Assembly: GCA_031362565.1 (NCBI GenBank)
Contig: JANLSU010000006.1
Coordinates: 33,605 to 97,604 of the forward strand
From: a bacterium
GTDB taxonomy: Bacteria > Krumholzibacteriota > Krumholzibacteriia > G020349025
DNA: 64,000 bases
Reading direction: 5' to 3'
Shown here: positions 9,680-18,530 of the stretch, piece after piece
Numbering within the stretch: the first letter of the stretch is position 1
Layout: every line of letters starts with the position of its first letter
The notes under the pieces: model-generated
The model's input: the letters and a program-made list of their open reading frames with translations, nothing else
Databases searched by the model: none
Told to the model about the DNA's origin: nothing
Translations under genes and position numbers: made by a program

Positions 9680-10030
9680 GACTTGGTTTCCCCCGATGGC
9701 CGCGAGTTTTGTCATCGTACCGGATCCGGGGTCGCGTTGCACGGCCGGGTCCCTGGGGCTTCCCACGGCCCCCGGCTCTTTTTTCACTCGACCGATCCTT
9801 TCACCCGGTCGCGCGTCTGGGCGCACCCCGGTCGCATCACACTCCGTTCCGTCCTCCTGTCACGCACGGGAGGTGCCCATGGTCTCGCCAACTCGCACAC
9901 GATCGCATAGGGTTCTGGGCGCCGCTGCGGCGGCACTCCTCCTGCCGTCTTCGGAGGCCTGCCTGGACGCCGTTCGCGCCGCATGCCATCATGCGGCTTC
10001 TATCAGATGCCACACCCACGGAGGTCTCGC

Positions 10031-11014
10031 GTGGCGGACGCCATCGTCCTGCACAACGTCACGAAAACGTTCGGCTCGAAGGTCGCGGTGAGCGAACTGG
10101 ACCTGGTCGTACCGACCGGTGCGCTCTACGGCGTTATCGGACCGAACGGCGCCGGAAAGACGACCAGCATCCGGATCATCCTGTCGATCCTGTTTCCGGA
10201 TCGCGGTGACGTCCACGTGCTGGGACACAAGTCGGCGCTCGAGGCCAAGGACCGCATTGGGTACCTGCCCGAAGAACGCGGCGTCTATCGCAAGATGAAG
10301 GTGGGCGACTTCCTCACTTACATGGCGCACCTGAAGGGCTTGAGCGGCTCCGACCTGCCGGCGCGCATCAACCGCTGGCTGGAGCGCGTGGGGCTGGGTG
10401 GCACGGCGCAAAAGCGCTGCGACGAACTCTCGAAGGGTATGCAGCAGAAGGTGCAATTCGTAGCGGCGGTCATTCATGAACCGGCGCTCGTCATCTTGGA
10501 CGAACCGTTCAGTGGTCTCGATCCGGTGAGTTCGCGGCAGTTGCGTGAACTCGTGCTGGAGGAACACGCGCGCGGCGCGACGGTCATTTTCTCGACCCAC
10601 GTCATGGAACACGCCGAACAACTCTGCGACCACATCGTCATGATTCACGGTGGGCGCAAAGTGCTCGACTCGAACATCCGGCAGATCCGCAATTCGCAAG
10701 CCGTGCGCGGTTTGTGGTTTGAACCGCTTGAACCGAATGCGCCGGTGGATGACGTGCGGCAAGTGCCGGGGGTGCTACGCGTCGAGCGGAATGGCGGGGC
10801 TTGGGAAGTGACTCTCGCGAGCGGAGTCGATCCGGCAACCGCGCTGCGCGCGGTCGCGACTTCAGTTCCCTGTGCGCGCGTCGAATTGCGCCGGCCCACT
10901 CTGGAGGATGTCTTCGTGAGCATTGTGAGCGGCTCTACGGATGGTGCGTCGCAGGATGCGGCCCAGTTACGCGATCAATTGCGTGCCGGCTCGGCGGGGG
11001 AGGTGCGGGCATGA
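10031..11014 (+). CDS. ABC-2 exporter ATP-binding subunit (NatA/YhaQ-like, DUF4162 C-terminus)
   Basis: GPNGAGKTT, LSKGMQQK, ILDEPFSGLD. GTG start after a GGAGG RBS. Confidence 0.92.
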   Translation: MADAIVLHNVTKTFGSKVAVSELDLVVPTGALYGVIGPNGAGKTTSIRIILSILFPDRGDVHVLGHKSALEAKDRIGYLPEERGVYRKMKVGDFLTYMAHLKGLSGSDLPARINRWLERVGLGGTAQKRCDELSKGMQQKVQFVAAVIHEPALVILDEPFSGLDPVSSRQLRELVLEEHARGATVIFSTHVMEHAEQLCDHIVMIHGGRKVLDSNIRQIRNSQAVRGLWFEPLEPNAPVDDVRQVPGVLRVERNGGAWEVTLASGVDPATALRAVATSVPCARVELRRPTLEDVFVSIVSGSTDGASQDAAQLRDQLRAGSAGEVRA

Positions 11015-12393
11015 AAAAGATCTGGTGGGTGGCGCGGCGCGAATTTCTGGCGACGGTCACGACCAAGGGATTCATCGTTGGCGTGCTCCTGACCCCGGCG
11101 ATGATCGCCATGATGATCCTTCTTTTTCCGCGCTTGATGAACGAGAAGACACCGCGCGTTGAAGGCGAGATCGCGATTCTGGATTCGACGGGCGAAGTCG
11201 CGGACGGCGTCAAAACCTTCCTGGCGCCGGAGGCGATGGCCGAGCGCCGCGCCGCGGACCAAAAGGCGTTCAAGGCGATGGCGGATGCCAAGCTAGGGCC
11301 AGCAGCGAAAATGCCGCAGGCCAAGCTCGGCACGGACATGATCGAGGCCCAGTTAGGCGAGGTGCCGAAGTTCGAAGTCGTGATCCTGCCGGCGGGAACC
11401 AACCTCGACCACGAGAAGGAACCGCTCAAACTGATCGGCGACCCCAAGAACCGCTTGGCGGTCGTCGTCGTGCATCCGGACGCCGTCGTGCCCGCGGCTG
11501 GCAGTTCGACGTTCGGCAGCTACGACCTGTTCGTGCGCGGCAAGCTCGACGACCGGATCGAGGACGATATCCGCGAGGGGCTCAAGCACTCGATCGTCGA
11601 TGCGCGCGTCAAAGGCCAAGGCATGAACCGGGCGCAGATCGAAGCCCTGACACAAGTCAAGCGCGTGCCGTCGACGAGTGTCACGACGGGCGGCGAGCGG
11701 CAGACCAACGAAATCGTCAATGCGCTCTTGCCGATGGGCTTCATGGGGCTCCTGCTCGTCTCGGTCTTGATGAGCGGCCAGTACCTGATGACGAGCACCA
11801 TCGAAGAAAAATCGAACCGCGTCGTCGAAGTGCTGCTCTCGGCCGTTTCGCCCAAGGAACTCATGGTGGGCAAGGTGTTGGGCGGCATGGCCATCGGCTT
11901 GTTGATCCTGGCGCTCTACATGGGCCTCGGCGTGTGGGCGCTCTTTACCTTCGCTGTGGCCGGCATCGTCGACATGCATTTGTTCATCTACCTGATCGTC
12001 TTCTTCTTCATCTCGTACTTCGTGATGGCGAGCATGATGGCGGCCATCGGTTCGGCCGTGAACGAACTGCGCGAAGCGCAAACTCTCATGATGCCGCTGA
12101 CCATGTCGCTCATGATTCCATGGATCCTGTGGGCACCATTGAGCCGCAACCCGAACTCGGCATTTGCGGTGGCCCTCAGCATGATTCCGCCGATGAACAG
12201 TTTTGCGATGATGCTGCGGCTGACCTCGACCTCACCGCCGCCGCTCTGGCAGGCGCTGCTTTCGATCGGCATCGGGATCGTGTCGGCCTACGTGGCCATT
12301 TGGTTCGCGGCCAAGGTTTTCCGGATCGGCGTTCTCATGTATGGCAAGCCGCCGAATTTCGCGACGCTGGTGCGCTGGGCGCGCATGGCATGA
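11011..12393 (+). CDS. ABC-2 exporter permease (NatB/YhaP-like)
   Basis: N-terminal TM, large extracytoplasmic loop, EEKSNRVVEVLLS motif and several C-terminal TMs. ATGA overlap with the previous gene. Confidence 0.9.
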   Translation: MKKIWWVARREFLATVTTKGFIVGVLLTPAMIAMMILLFPRLMNEKTPRVEGEIAILDSTGEVADGVKTFLAPEAMAERRAADQKAFKAMADAKLGPAAKMPQAKLGTDMIEAQLGEVPKFEVVILPAGTNLDHEKEPLKLIGDPKNRLAVVVVHPDAVVPAAGSSTFGSYDLFVRGKLDDRIEDDIREGLKHSIVDARVKGQGMNRAQIEALTQVKRVPSTSVTTGGERQTNEIVNALLPMGFMGLLLVSVLMSGQYLMTSTIEEKSNRVVEVLLSAVSPKELMVGKVLGGMAIGLLILALYMGLGVWALFTFAVAGIVDMHLFIYLIVFFFISYFVMASMMAAIGSAVNELREAQTLMMPLTMSLMIPWILWAPLSRNPNSAFAVALSMIPPMNSFAMMLRLTSTSPPPLWQALLSIGIGIVSAYVAIWFAAKVFRIGVLMYGKPPNFATLVRWARMA

Positions 12394-12406
12394 CAAGGAG
12401 TGACAG

Positions 12407-12856
12407 ATGAACTGGAAATGGATCGGGATTCTGGCCTGTGTGAGCCTTTTGACGGCGCTGCTGACGGTGTTCGGCGTCATGCCGGAAGGCCCGATGGGCA
12501 TCGTGATCGGCATCGTCGAGGGCCTGGCGCTGAGCTATGTCTTTGCGCGGAACACGGATGAGAGGTTTTTCCGGAACGGGTTCACACTTGGGGCGGTGAG
12601 TGGGCTGGTCGCCTCGCTCGTGCAGATGATGTTCTTCAACACGATGGTCGAAAACAATCCCCAGATGTCCGAGCGCATGTCGAAAATGCCGAGCAGCGTG
12701 AATCCGGTCGTGTTCATGGCGATCAGCGCCCCGATCACGATCGCCGTGAGCGGTGCGCTGCAGGGGCTCTTCACCTTGGGAATGGCGGCGCTTTTGGGCA
12801 AGCGCAGCGGCCGGCGTGCGGTCCCACCGCCGTCGTCACCGCCGTCGCCCGTGTGA
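12407..12856 (+). CDS. Small 4-TM membrane protein (DUF4199-like)
   Basis: Four hydrophobic segments and an AGGAG RBS. Confidence 0.65.
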   Translation: MNWKWIGILACVSLLTALLTVFGVMPEGPMGIVIGIVEGLALSYVFARNTDERFFRNGFTLGAVSGLVASLVQMMFFNTMVENNPQMSERMSKMPSSVNPVVFMAISAPITIAVSGALQGLFTLGMAALLGKRSGRRAVPPPSSPPSPV

Positions 12857-12866
12857 TGTTGCAGCC

Positions 12867-13664
12867 ATGACGGTACGCGCCCTCATCGTGGACGACGAGG
12901 ACATCGCGCGCCAGCGCTTGCGCGCCATGCTGGCGGCGCTACCGGGCGGGCCGGTGGATGTCACGGGTGAGGCCGCGAACGGCGCCCAAGCCCTCGAACG
13001 CATCACTGAGCTCGAGCCCGAACTCGTTTTTCTCGATCTCCGCATGCCCGACATGGATGGCTTCGAGGTGCTGCGGCTCGTTCCTGAGGGCCAGTTGCCG
13101 CACATCATCTTCGTCACCGGCCACGATGACTTCGCGCTGCAGGCGTTCGAAGTGAATGCCGTCGACTACTTACTGAAGCCCGTCAAGGCAACGCGTTTGG
13201 AAGAAGCCGTGCAGCGGGCCTTGGTGCGTCTCGGGGTGCGCGCGCAGGAGAGAGCTGCAACGCTTGACCCGGCCATTGCTGCAGACGTTGGAATCGAGCA
13301 AGTCCTGGAAGCCCTCGCCGCCCGCGAGTCCCGCTGGTTCAAACGCATTCCGCTCCAGTACGCGCGCTCGACGCGCATCGTGCCCGTCGACCAGATTCTC
13401 TGCGTGCGCGTCGCCGAAGGCCTCGTTCGGGTCCGCATTGCCGACGCTGAAATGCGCACCGGCCTCACGTTCCGGCAGCTCGAAGAGGGCCTCGATCCGG
13501 CGCGTTTCCTGCGCGTCCATCGCTCCGGCATCGTCAACCTGGACCACGTGCACGAATTCAAGACCTTCCCCAACGGCACCGCCATCCTGACCCTGGGCGC
13601 CGACCTCCAAATCGAAGTCAGCCGCAGCCACGTCCCCGACGTCCGGCGCGCCCTCAGTCTGTAA
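12867..13664 (+). CDS. LytTR-family response regulator
   Basis: REC domain (IVDDE, FLDLRMP, YLLKP) plus LytTR domain (FLRVHRSGIVNL, VSRS). Confidence 0.93.
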   Translation: MTVRALIVDDEDIARQRLRAMLAALPGGPVDVTGEAANGAQALERITELEPELVFLDLRMPDMDGFEVLRLVPEGQLPHIIFVTGHDDFALQAFEVNAVDYLLKPVKATRLEEAVQRALVRLGVRAQERAATLDPAIAADVGIEQVLEALAARESRWFKRIPLQYARSTRIVPVDQILCVRVAEGLVRVRIADAEMRTGLTFRQLEEGLDPARFLRVHRSGIVNLDHVHEFKTFPNGTAILTLGADLQIEVSRSHVPDVRRALSL

Positions 13665-13683
13665 TCGTGCGAAGGAGAATCCT

Positions 13684-14085
13684 TTGAGCAGCAATGCATG
13701 GCGGGTGTCACCCGTCGTCGGGGTCCGGAATGTGCGTCAGGCAGCGGAGTACTACCGGGATGTCCTGGGTTTCAGCCTCGATCCGGTGGATGGTGTGTTC
13801 CAACCCTCGGCGGACGAGCCGGGCGGTGTGTATGCGATCGTCAAACGCCCTGGAGTCTGGATCCATTTTCAAATTCGCCGCGGTGATTTGCCGGAGCGCA
13901 AGCGGCAGTCCATCGAGCGGGATCTCTACTTCTATGTCGACGGCTTGGATGCTCTCTATGCCGACCTTCAACAACGCGGCGCGGCGATCAAACACGGGCC
14001 GCAAATGGCGCCCTATGGCATTCGCGAAATCGAAGTCGAAGACCTGAACGGCTATCGGTTGACGTTCGGCGAGATGGCCTCGTGA
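13684..14085 (+). CDS. VOC/glyoxalase (bleomycin resistance) family protein
   Basis: YYRDVLGF and YGIREIEVEDLNGYRLTFG motifs. AAGGAG RBS before a TTG start. Confidence 0.85.
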   Translation: MSSNAWRVSPVVGVRNVRQAAEYYRDVLGFSLDPVDGVFQPSADEPGGVYAIVKRPGVWIHFQIRRGDLPERKRQSIERDLYFYVDGLDALYADLQQRGAAIKHGPQMAPYGIREIEVEDLNGYRLTFGEMAS

Positions 14086-14191
14086 ACCCAAGTCGCGGCG
14101 TGATTCAAGCCGTCCCAGAGTGATCCGCGCCTCGTCGCCCGGGGCCTGCAGGGGCCATTCGGGGCGGCGCGAGCTTTGCGTAGAAAAGTAC

Positions 14192-14220
14192 TTGACGACG
14201 TGTCGGGCCCCGCCTACCCT
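14192..14220 (+). promoter_or_regulatory. Sigma70-type promoter for the ankyrin gene
   Basis: TTGACG-17 bp-TACCCT. Confidence 0.6.
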
Positions 14221-14321
14221 CGGAGGAGCCTGCCCGCCTGGCCTGGTGCTCCGGCCCGGTCCTCGCCCCGGCAATCGGCGGAGCACCCTAGGCACGGGCG
14301 AAACCTACGAAGGACGGAATC

Positions 14322-14978
14322 ATGGTCTCCATCGCAGCCATCCTCGGCGCGACCGTGTTGGTCGCAAGCGTGACGCATCATGGACCACAGCCACGTACCT
14401 CGCCGCTGGCGGTCGCCGCGGTCGCGGGCGATGTTGCGGCGGTGCGCGCCCGGCTCGCGGCCGGCGACGACCCGAACGCGTTCGCCGAAAGCTTCCTGCC
14501 GCTCGACTGGGCGGCGCGCTTTGGACAAGTGGATGCGATGCGCGCTCTCGTCGACGGCGGCGCCAAGCTCGACCTGATCGACGACGGGCCGAATGGTTGG
14601 ACACCCATTCAACACGCCCTACACAAGGATCAAACCAAAGCGGCGCTGGCGTTGCTCGAGTGGGGAGCGGATCCTAACTCGCGGTCGCGGAATGGCGAGA
14701 CGCCTCTCATGCGTGCCGCCTGTCAGAGCAATCTCAAGGTCGTGCGTTACTTGCTCGCGCACGGTGCCGACCCGCGCGCCGAAACGCAGGGACATCGCAA
14801 CGCCTTGCACTACTGTTTGAATGGCGGCAACGCCGTCATCGCCAAGGCGATTCTCGACAAAGCTCCCGACCTGCGTGTAGCGAACGATCTGGAAGTCTTC
14901 GTCTCATGTCTCGCGGCGCGCCTGCGCGGCGACACGGAACTGGTGCGTGCCGTCCACGGACAGCCGGCACACGAGTGA
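14322..14978 (+). CDS. Exported or membrane-anchored ankyrin-repeat protein
   Basis: Hydrophobic N-terminus and repeats TPL..A...G...V..LL..GADP. Confidence 0.88.
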   Translation: MVSIAAILGATVLVASVTHHGPQPRTSPLAVAAVAGDVAAVRARLAAGDDPNAFAESFLPLDWAARFGQVDAMRALVDGGAKLDLIDDGPNGWTPIQHALHKDQTKAALALLEWGADPNSRSRNGETPLMRAACQSNLKVVRYLLAHGADPRAETQGHRNALHYCLNGGNAVIAKAILDKAPDLRVANDLEVFVSCLAARLRGDTELVRAVHGQPAHE

Positions 14979-15029
14979 TTGAGCGCGGCGAGCGCCGGTA
15001 GCGGTTGCTCCCGAGCGCACCTGGCCCGC

Positions 15030-15184
15030 ATTCCCGATCGGGAATAAATCGACCTAATCTCCAGCTCTGGGGCGAAATCCACGCCTGGGGACAACGCTCT
15101 ATTCCCGATCGGGATAAAAATTGTTCCAAAGCCTCGATCGGGGCGATACACTATCGCCTGCGCTTGATTTGATCCCGATCGGGG
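15030..15184. promoter_or_regulatory. Four CCCGATCGGG-type palindromic operators overlapping the hip promoter
   Basis: ATTCCCGATCGGGAAT (15030-45), ATTCCCGATCGGGATA (15101-16), CCTCGATCGGGG (15132-43), ATCCCGATCGGGG (15172-84). Promoter TTCCAA-17-TACACT at 15124-15152. Confidence 0.8.
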
Positions 15185-15190
15185 TTCCAC

Positions 15191-15433
15191 ATGGTTCGCG
15201 AAACGCCAGCCACGACCGCATCGACCATCGGTGATTTCGTAAGCGCGCGCCGCAAGGCCGGGCGATTGACCCAACGCGAGTTGGCCGAGCTGGCGCAGGT
15301 TGGAACTCGCTTCGTGTCCGAGCTCGAACGCGGCAAAACGACCGCACGCATGAGCGAAGTCAATCGCGTGCTCGCAGTTTTCGGGCGCGCGCTGGGAGTC
15401 GTCGACGCAACCAAACAAAGCGGTAAGGCATGA
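15191..15433 (+). CDS. hipB: HipB-like XRE HTH antitoxin/repressor (y4mF family)
   Basis: LTQRELAELAQVGTRFVSELERGK helix-turn-helix; first gene of the hip operon. Confidence 0.85.
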   Translation: MVRETPATTASTIGDFVSARRKAGRLTQRELAELAQVGTRFVSELERGKTTARMSEVNRVLAVFGRALGVVDATKQSGKA

Positions 15434-15768
15434 AGAACCGCCAAGGCATCGTTCGGTTGGACGGCCGGGTCGCGGGTACGCTTGCGGAATCGGGCCGGCA
15501 GATCGTGTTTCAATACACGCCTGCCTGGTGCGCCGATCCCACCGCCGTTCCCGTGTCGCTGACGATGCCGCTGCGCGCCGAACCGTATGTCTCCGAAGGC
15601 TTGCATCCGTTCTTCGAAAACCTCTTGCCCGAAGGCTGGCTTCTGGAGCTTGCAACCCGCAAGCTCAAGATCGCCAAGGACGATGCGTTCGGTTTGCTGC
15701 TCGCGACGTGCGCGGACTGCATCGGCGCCGTCGAAGTCGTTCCAATGACGACGGACGCCCCGCCATGA
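15430..15768 (+). CDS. hipS: HipA N-terminal (Couple_hipA) domain protein, HipS-like
   Basis: VSLTMPLR.EPY....LHPFFENLLPEGW and DCIGAVEV motifs. Confidence 0.82.
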   Translation: MKNRQGIVRLDGRVAGTLAESGRQIVFQYTPAWCADPTAVPVSLTMPLRAEPYVSEGLHPFFENLLPEGWLLELATRKLKIAKDDAFGLLLATCADCIGAVEVVPMTTDAPP

Positions 15769-16706
15769 CAACGGTCTGCCGCGCTTGTCTCGGCGATCTG
15801 CGGGAGCCGGGTGAGTATCACGCGCGTTGCGTCCGCCGGCTCTTCGGCTCCACGAAAGTCCCCCGGCTCGACATCGAGCTAGCCAAGCTGCACACGGCAG
15901 CTCTGGCGATGGTTGGTCATACTTCCTTGTCCGGCGTTCAGAAGAAGATCTCGCTCAATCTTTCGACGGACCGTGAGACGTTGCAAGTCGCGGCCGGCAA
16001 GAGTCGCTACATCCTCAAGGTGCAAAGCGATCCGTATCCCGCGCTGCCGGAGAACGAGCATCTGACGACTCGTCTCGCGCAACTCGTGGAGATCCAGGTT
16101 GCGCCGTTCGGACTCGTGCCGCTCAAGGACGGCTCGCTCGCCTATGTCGTCCAACGGTTCGACCGGCTGCCGGACGGCCGCAAGCTGCGCCAGGAGGACT
16201 TCTGCCAACTCGCCGAGCTGTCGCCGAAGGAGAAATACGATTCGACCGCTGAGCGCTGCGTGAAGCTGGCCCAGCGATTCGCTTCGGAACCGCTCATCGC
16301 AACGCTCGCGCTGTACCGGCTCTTGGTGTTCACGTGGTGGTCGGGCAATGGCGACATGCACCTGAAGAATTTCTCGCTGCTGACCGATGAGCAGGAGACC
16401 ATTCGTCTGACGCCCGCCTACGATCTGCTTTGTACCCGGCTCGTCATTCCGAATGACCCGCTAGCCCTGCCAGTCTGCGGCAAGAAGGACAACCTCGATC
16501 GCGACACGTGGCTGGAGTTCGCAAAGTACGCCCGGCTTTCCGACAAGGCGGCATCTCGCGTTCTGGACCGGCAGTCGGCAGTCAAGACGGACGCAACGGC
16601 GCTCGTCGACCGCAGTTTCTTGCCGGCCGAAATGAAAACGCAGTACCGAAGTCTAATTGACGAGCGAACAAAGCAGCTCGGTCGCCCTATCGGTAAATCT
16701 GCTTGA
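15765..16706 (+). CDS. hipT: HipA-family Ser/Thr kinase toxin, HipT-like
   Basis: N-terminal CxxC..HxxC, SLSGVQKK loop, RFDR, QEDFCQ, GNGDMHLKNFS, LTPAYDL. Confidence 0.88.
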   Translation: MTTVCRACLGDLREPGEYHARCVRRLFGSTKVPRLDIELAKLHTAALAMVGHTSLSGVQKKISLNLSTDRETLQVAAGKSRYILKVQSDPYPALPENEHLTTRLAQLVEIQVAPFGLVPLKDGSLAYVVQRFDRLPDGRKLRQEDFCQLAELSPKEKYDSTAERCVKLAQRFASEPLIATLALYRLLVFTWWSGNGDMHLKNFSLLTDEQETIRLTPAYDLLCTRLVIPNDPLALPVCGKKDNLDRDTWLEFAKYARLSDKAASRVLDRQSAVKTDATALVDRSFLPAEMKTQYRSLIDERTKQLGRPIGKSA

Positions 16707-17226
16707 CGACGCTCCAAGGACGCGACTCGATGGCGACGTTGATGTCGTCGAGTGCCGGGCAAGGCGTCGGGCAAACATTGCGGCCGGCGGGGTCGAAGAG
16801 CAGGAGTTCGACGAGCGCGCAGCTCGACGAACGAAAGGCGATCGTGAGGTCGAAACCGCGGTGGAACGGCGGTGCGCAGACTTCGAAGTCATGCACGATG
16901 CACTCGGGCAGGCCGGCGCCGGCGAGCGGTTTGCCCGGGGCCCAGCGGCGCTCGAGCACGTAGCGCAGCGGTGAGGTGCAATTGGTGCCGTTGACGACGA
17001 TGCGCACGCTGTCGACGGCGGCGCCGTTGGCGCCGATCCAAACTCGCACACTGTCGTTGCCCGCGGTGCCGGACCAAACACCAGGAAGGCCCGCGCAGGA
17101 ACCGGATCCCGGCGGCGAGCATCCCAGGCGCGTGCCGATCTCGGGCTGAATTGGAATGGCCGCGTGCGCGGTTGCGCACCGGCAGAAGACAATCCACGCA
17201 GAAAGAAAACCGAGCCGCCGCCGCAT
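16687..17226 (-). CDS. Secreted Cys-rich hypothetical protein with C-terminal W..VK.IYR motif
   Basis: Signal peptide ending TAHA, multiple Cys, and C-terminus VAIESRPWSVVKQIYR. Confidence 0.65.
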   Translation of the reverse strand: MRRRLGFLSAWIVFCRCATAHAAIPIQPEIGTRLGCSPPGSGSCAGLPGVWSGTAGNDSVRVWIGANGAAVDSVRIVVNGTNCTSPLRYVLERRWAPGKPLAGAGLPECIVHDFEVCAPPFHRGFDLTIAFRSSSCALVELLLFDPAGRNVCPTPCPALDDINVAIESRPWSVVKQIYR

Positions 17227-17385
17227 CCCCACACCTCACATCCGAAGCACCACTGGAAATACGGCAGCAAGCGATGTGCCGCGCGCGAGTTGCGCGCGGG
17301 TATCCCAAGCGCCTCACACAAATGCACGAGACACGGTGTCGAACTTCGAGCCCCGGCCTGGACCCACGCCTCGATTGGAGCATCC

Positions 17386-17414
17386 TTGGAAAGCCCCGCG
17401 GCGCGGGCTACCAT
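17386..17414 (+). promoter_or_regulatory. Sigma70-type promoter upstream of the exonuclease operon
   Basis: TTGGAA-17 bp-TACCAT. Confidence 0.5.
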
Positions 17415-17546
17415 GCAGGGAGGGGGCGCCGGCCGCGCGTGTGGACGCCGCGTCTCCAGGCATGCACCATGCTGCCAAGCGGTTACGGCTTCCGGCACCG
17501 GTCGCCCCAAGCCGCCCCGTTCGATCTCGTAGGAAGGAACAGGCTG

Positions 17547-18494
17547 ATGCCGCAGGATGACGTTTCCGGTCCGCTGTTTGATTCGCGCCCGGGGGGCGCC
17601 GGGGCAGGTACCGGATCTTCCGGCGCGCCGCGTCCCAACGCCGCCGCCGCGCCCGATCCCGCGGACGTGCCGGACTGGGTCTCGGAGCTGGTGCCGCTCG
17701 ATCGCCCGCTCGCGGTCCTCGATCTCGAAGCCACCGGCACCGCGCCGCACCGCGACCGGATCGTCGAGGTCTGCGTTCTGAAACTGTTCCCTGATGGCCG
17801 CAAGATCGTCCGCCACCGGCGCGTCAATCCCGGCATGCCAATTCCGCCGGACGCCACCGAAGTGCACGGCATCAGCGACCAAGACGTCGCGAACGAACCG
17901 GAATTCAAGTACATCGCCGCCGCCCTCGCGGAACTCTTGGAAGGCTGCGACTTGGGTGGCTTCGGCATCGTGCAATACGACATGCCGCTTCTGCGCGCCG
18001 AATTCGAACGCGCCGGCGTCGATTTCCCGGTCGAGGGCCGGCGCATCATCGATGCGAAATCCATCTACCACGCGATGGAACCGCGCAACTTGGCGGCCGC
18101 GCACCTGTACTACTGCGGCAAGTCGTTCGAAGCAGCACATTCGGCCGAGGCCGATACGCTGGCGACGTACCGCGTGTTGGTTCAGCAACTCCGCCGCTAT
18201 CCGGAGCTGCCGCACTCCTTCGACGAATTGCACCGCATGTCGAATCCGCGCCAGGCGGATTTCGTCGACAGCGAGGGCAAGCTCATCTGGCGCAGTAACG
18301 AGGTGCATTTCAACTTTGGAAAGCACCGGGGCGTGCCGCTCCGCGAAGTGATTCAAATCGACCTCGAATATGTGCGCTGGCTCATTGCCAAGGACTTCCG
18401 CCCCGATCTAAAGAATGTGCTCGCGTCGGCGCTCGAAGGCCGCTATCCGCTCCAGCGCCTGCAAACGCAGGTGGGTGATTTCTCGAGCCGCTGA
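17547..18494 (+). CDS. DEDDh 3'-5' exonuclease (DnaQ/PolC-like)
   Basis: VLDLEATG, YD..LL, AHSAEAD and C-terminal FNFGKHRG. Confidence 0.9.
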   Translation: MPQDDVSGPLFDSRPGGAGAGTGSSGAPRPNAAAAPDPADVPDWVSELVPLDRPLAVLDLEATGTAPHRDRIVEVCVLKLFPDGRKIVRHRRVNPGMPIPPDATEVHGISDQDVANEPEFKYIAAALAELLEGCDLGGFGIVQYDMPLLRAEFERAGVDFPVEGRRIIDAKSIYHAMEPRNLAAAHLYYCGKSFEAAHSAEADTLATYRVLVQQLRRYPELPHSFDELHRMSNPRQADFVDSEGKLIWRSNEVHFNFGKHRGVPLREVIQIDLEYVRWLIAKDFRPDLKNVLASALEGRYPLQRLQTQVGDFSSR

Positions 18495-18530
18495 CCGCGG
18501 GGTTTGGTGCCGGTGGGTAGGGAGGGGACG

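Noticed and set aside
9879..10091. Small ORF with RBS and signal-like N-terminus upstream of the ABC ATPase
   Set aside because: Overlaps the ABC start and has no recognisable domain; may be a gene remnant but is unsupported.
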